From an uncultured Acidobacteriota bacterium (lineage in GTDB: Bacteria; Acidobacteriota; UBA6911), in assembly GCA_963827655.1 (NCBI GenBank), contig CAWHCF010000010.1, positions 192,001 to 256,000 on the forward strand: a stretch of 64,000 nt of DNA, read 5' to 3'. The notes below the pieces were generated by a model. The model did not search any database. It worked only from the letters and a program-made list of their open reading frames with translations, and was not told the origin of the DNA. Below, piece after piece: positions 61,143 to 64,000 of the stretch; position 1 is the first letter of the stretch, and each line of letters begins with the position of its first letter. The translations under genes were made by a program, and so were the position numbers.

Positions 61143-61270
61143 TCATTGGTCATTTCTCATTCGTCATCTGTCATTTGTCATTAGTGGGTGCTGCGGGCGG
61201 GTTTGCGCTCGCAGACTACGCGGGCCTTGTTACCCCATGAATGACAAATGAAAATGAACAGACCTGATGA
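61143..61270. repeat. Inverted heptamer array (TCATTTG/CAAATGA variant of family A)
   Basis: (TCATTNN)x6 ... ATGAATGACAAATGAAAATGA. Confidence 0.7.
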
Positions 61271-61325
61271 CCCGTCGCCACAGTCAAATTGCAGGGTTAG
61301 AGCTGAGGTTTCAGCAACCGCGGGG

Positions 61326-62813
61326 TCAGCGCTTGGGCGCAACGTCGGCGTCAAACGCGGCGGTCAGGATCCGATCTCCGACCTTGACCTGAACCCAGAG
61401 GCGATAACGGCCGTCCTGCGGGAACTCGAATGGAAAGGAGACGGTGCCGCCGGCCACGGCGGCGTGCTCGCTGTGATCCACTGGCTTTGTGGTTGCGCCG
61501 GCGCCGCGCTCGAGTACCTGCTGAGCCGCCATCGAGAAACTCCCGGCAGGATGGATGTGGGCGAAGACGGAACCGTCATCGCGCCGGACGGCCATGTGTC
61601 CCAGCATCCCCATATAGGGCTCGAGCGCGGCCGGGCGGCCGTCGCTCCCGCGCACCTGAAAAGTGAGAGATGAGGGCTGCCCCGCGACCAGCTCCTGCTG
61701 TTGCCAGACCATGACGATACCGTCGGCGAGCGGAGCCGCCGGGCTTGCCGCGCCACCAAGCGCCGCGGCGACGTGGAAGGAGTCGTCAGGATCGGGTTCG
61801 GGCGCGGCGCCCGGCGCCGCCGTTGATGGGGCTTCGGGTACGTCGACACGATCGGTCAGAGTCTGCGCATATCCGCTCTCGTGCGTGACGTCGGCGTAGA
61901 CGACGTAGCGGCCGGCGGGGAGCGGCGGCAACCTGACGTCAAAAGTGTTCGGGTCAAGGCGGAGCGGATGGAGGTGCGCGAAGGCGTCGAGCGCCGGCTC
62001 GCGCACGAGGAACATGTGCATCAGCTTGCCATGGTCCGGCACCAACGGACTGAAGCGGTTCCGTCCCGGTTCCTGCGCGAGCCACCGCGGATCGTCGATC
62101 GCCAGGCGGAGCACGCGCTGCGAGGCCACGGAGCGGACGCCGGTGGTGATGTGGAGCGGGCGAAACATGTTGGCGCGGTAGCGGGCGTCGACGCTGTTCC
62201 ACCATGCCCTCCCACCCGCGAGCACGAGCGCCAGAACGAGAGCAGATCCGGCGATGACGCGTCGACCACGGGCCCGGCGGGCCGCGTCGGGAACTTCGCC
62301 GGGCGGAAGCACGGCCTCGCGCGCCGCAGCGCCGAGGATGGTCAGGGCCCCGACAAACAGCAAAAGACCGAGCCCTGCGAACAGCACGCCGAGCCCCCGG
62401 TCGATTCCGAGCCGCCGCGTCGCCACCGACATCACCGGGACGACGGCCTTGCCCGACCCGGACGTGCCTTCGACCGCGACGTGGATGCTGTAGGAGCCGA
62501 AGTCCATGAGCCAGAGCTCCGCGCTCCGAAGGGTCGCGTCGCCGCGCACCGGCTGTGCCAGATCGGGGGCTGGCGCACCTTTGGTGCCGGCGTCCCAGCG
62601 GACGGGTTGGACCGTGACCCTCCCCACCTCCGGGCTCTCGACTCGGACGGTCACTTCGGCGCGTCCCGGCACGACGCCGGGCGGGCGGACGATCACGTCG
62701 ATCGCGTAGGGCCCGGCGTTGCCATGATAGAAAACGGTCGAAGCGCCGATGTGCCCCCAGGTGGCGAACGGTATCGCGATAAGGAAAGCGAGGCGCGCGA
62801 GCGTCCTGATCAC
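61326..62813 (-). CDS. His-rich membrane-anchored periplasmic protein with PmoB-like topology; putative copper-binding
   Basis: Signal peptide predicted to expose N-terminal His21, ~110-aa beta domain, two TM helices, then two repeats (HGKLMHMFLV..FAHLHP; YMGMLGHMAV..FAHIHP). GTG start overlaps the upstream stop (GTGA). Confidence 0.75.
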   Translation of the reverse strand: MIRTLARLAFLIAIPFATWGHIGASTVFYHGNAGPYAIDVIVRPPGVVPGRAEVTVRVESPEVGRVTVQPVRWDAGTKGAPAPDLAQPVRGDATLRSAELWLMDFGSYSIHVAVEGTSGSGKAVVPVMSVATRRLGIDRGLGVLFAGLGLLLFVGALTILGAAAREAVLPPGEVPDAARRARGRRVIAGSALVLALVLAGGRAWWNSVDARYRANMFRPLHITTGVRSVASQRVLRLAIDDPRWLAQEPGRNRFSPLVPDHGKLMHMFLVREPALDAFAHLHPLRLDPNTFDVRLPPLPAGRYVVYADVTHESGYAQTLTDRVDVPEAPSTAAPGAAPEPDPDDSFHVAAALGGAASPAAPLADGIVMVWQQQELVAGQPSSLTFQVRGSDGRPAALEPYMGMLGHMAVRRDDGSVFAHIHPAGSFSMAAQQVLERGAGATTKPVDHSEHAAVAGGTVSFPFEFPQDGRYRLWVQVKVGDRILTAAFDADVAPKR

Positions 62814-63983
62814 CGTTTCACCCGCGCCATCCAGCCACCCCAGGCGAGTCCGAGTCGGGCCGAGAGGAAAGAGAACAGGAGCGCCAATCCCAGACCGCGC
62901 AAGCTGAGCGGGTCCTGGGCCTGGTTCCAGAACTGGTAACGCCAGGGACCCGGGCGGGCGTCGTACGACCAGATCCGGTCGCCCCCGAAGAACCAGTTGC
63001 GCGACAGCGGGGAAAGCAGAAACTCGGAGAAAAAGAACTGCGCCGCGAGGAAGAGCGCGAAGAACACCGCGCCCACCGCGGCTGCCAGGACCCAGTCACT
63101 CTTGCAGGTCGCGCGGCGGAGCAGGAGGTCGATCCCAAACGCGGGGATTACAAGGAGCAACGGAAAGGCCGGCGGCACCATGTGGGTCACGCGGTTGTAG
63201 ATCGGGCCGAGCAGCGGTTCGGCCGGAAAGAGCGGCAGAATCCAGAGCATCGCTGCGATCAGCAGCATGTAAACGGCGGCCGCGGTGGTCGCGGGCCAGC
63301 GCAGCTTCGAGCCGCGCGCGGTCGCGAGGAGTAAGATGGGATACAGACCGCAGCTTATCTGATAGAAGAGCGAGGCGTGCTGCTGGTTGGGAGTGTTGTA
63401 CTCCATCACCAGGAGCGCGAACAGCGCAATCAGCACCCCCGCAGAGTAGCCGAAGAGTACCTGGACCCGCCCTGTCGGCGGGCCCCCTCCCGTTGTTCTG
63501 CCATGCTAACGAAAGAAGCAGCGAGCCCAGAATAATTCCGAGGATCCCGGCGGCAAGCACCGTGTGGGGCGGGCTCAGCACCTCGACGTCGAGACCATAG
63601 GCGTTGTGCCACCAGTCATCGAAGGGCGCGGAGGTCAGCATCGCAATCGCGCCCCAGATGGCGACCCACGCTCCGAGCGGCGCCCGGAAACCCCAGACCG
63701 GCACCGATGCGCCGCGTTCCGCGGCGCTTCCGGCAAAGGTCGTCTTGAGCGCGAGCCAACCCGAGGAGAGTCCGCCCAGGATGCCCCCCAGGTACATGGC
63801 CACGTGCGCCGGCGTCCAGAAGGTGTCGCGCCCGATCGTCGAGTGCCATGAGATGTCCCAGATGGCTCCGACGATGATGCTGGTCGAGCCCACTGCGAGG
63901 GCGTACAGGTACCACGGGACAGCGCTCGAACGCTCGGTCGGAACCGGCCCGACCTGGTCGAGAGACACGGCGGCGTTGGACAT
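62810..63983 (-). CDS. Multi-pass membrane protein with PmoC/AmoC-like metal-site motifs and PmoA-like C-half; frameshift near 63485
   Basis: WDISWHSTIGRDTFWTPAH and FDDWWHNAYGLDVEVLSPPH. ORFs 63096..63983 and 62810..63436 join into about 390 aa on removing one base of a G-run. RBS AGGAGG. Confidence 0.8.
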
Positions 63984-64000
63984 CGAGACCTCCTTGCGTG

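Noticed and set aside
61326-63983. Annotating as bona fide pmoCAB/amoCAB (methane or ammonia oxidation)
   Set aside because: Similarity is motif-level only; the PmoA DWDFW motif and PmoB HxH are absent, the CuD Asn is Asp, and no C1 or nitrification genes are nearby.

Overview
GC-rich bacterial chromosome segment, most likely Acidobacteriota (inferred from an ADOP-type duplicated permease, an acidobacterial-style TonB-dependent receptor and paired PQQ-like propellers). The left half (1-29 kb) is mostly housekeeping: hrcA-grpE-dnaJ-rsmE, ald, an aldehyde dehydrogenase, a TIGR00300 protein, htrA, fbaB-glpX, queE, galE-galT, a PP2C phosphatase and a PEGA/TPR protein. The middle (29-49.5 kb) is a catabolic/transport island ending in a Weimberg-like trio. 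The right end (49.7-64 kb) is accessory: mazEF, a membrane patatin, a REPIN-like palindrome, two PQQ-like propellers with a cytochrome c-HhH fusion, and a catalytically dead SGNH protein. The best candidate for a new system is the last two-gene operon (61326-63983). It encodes a membrane protein with both PmoC/AmoC copper-site motifs at the canonical spacing fused to a PmoA-like half, followed by a His-rich protein with PmoB-like topology, i.e. a possible divergent CuMMO-like C/A-B system. Intergenic DNA carries two dispersed palindromic repeat families (7-nt and 9-nt periodic), and one array encloses a diverged copy of the neighbouring gene's 3' end. About 14 single-base frameshifts are probably long-read errors. 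All family calls come from motif recognition by eye, not database searches. No rRNA, tRNA, CRISPR array or transposase was recognised.
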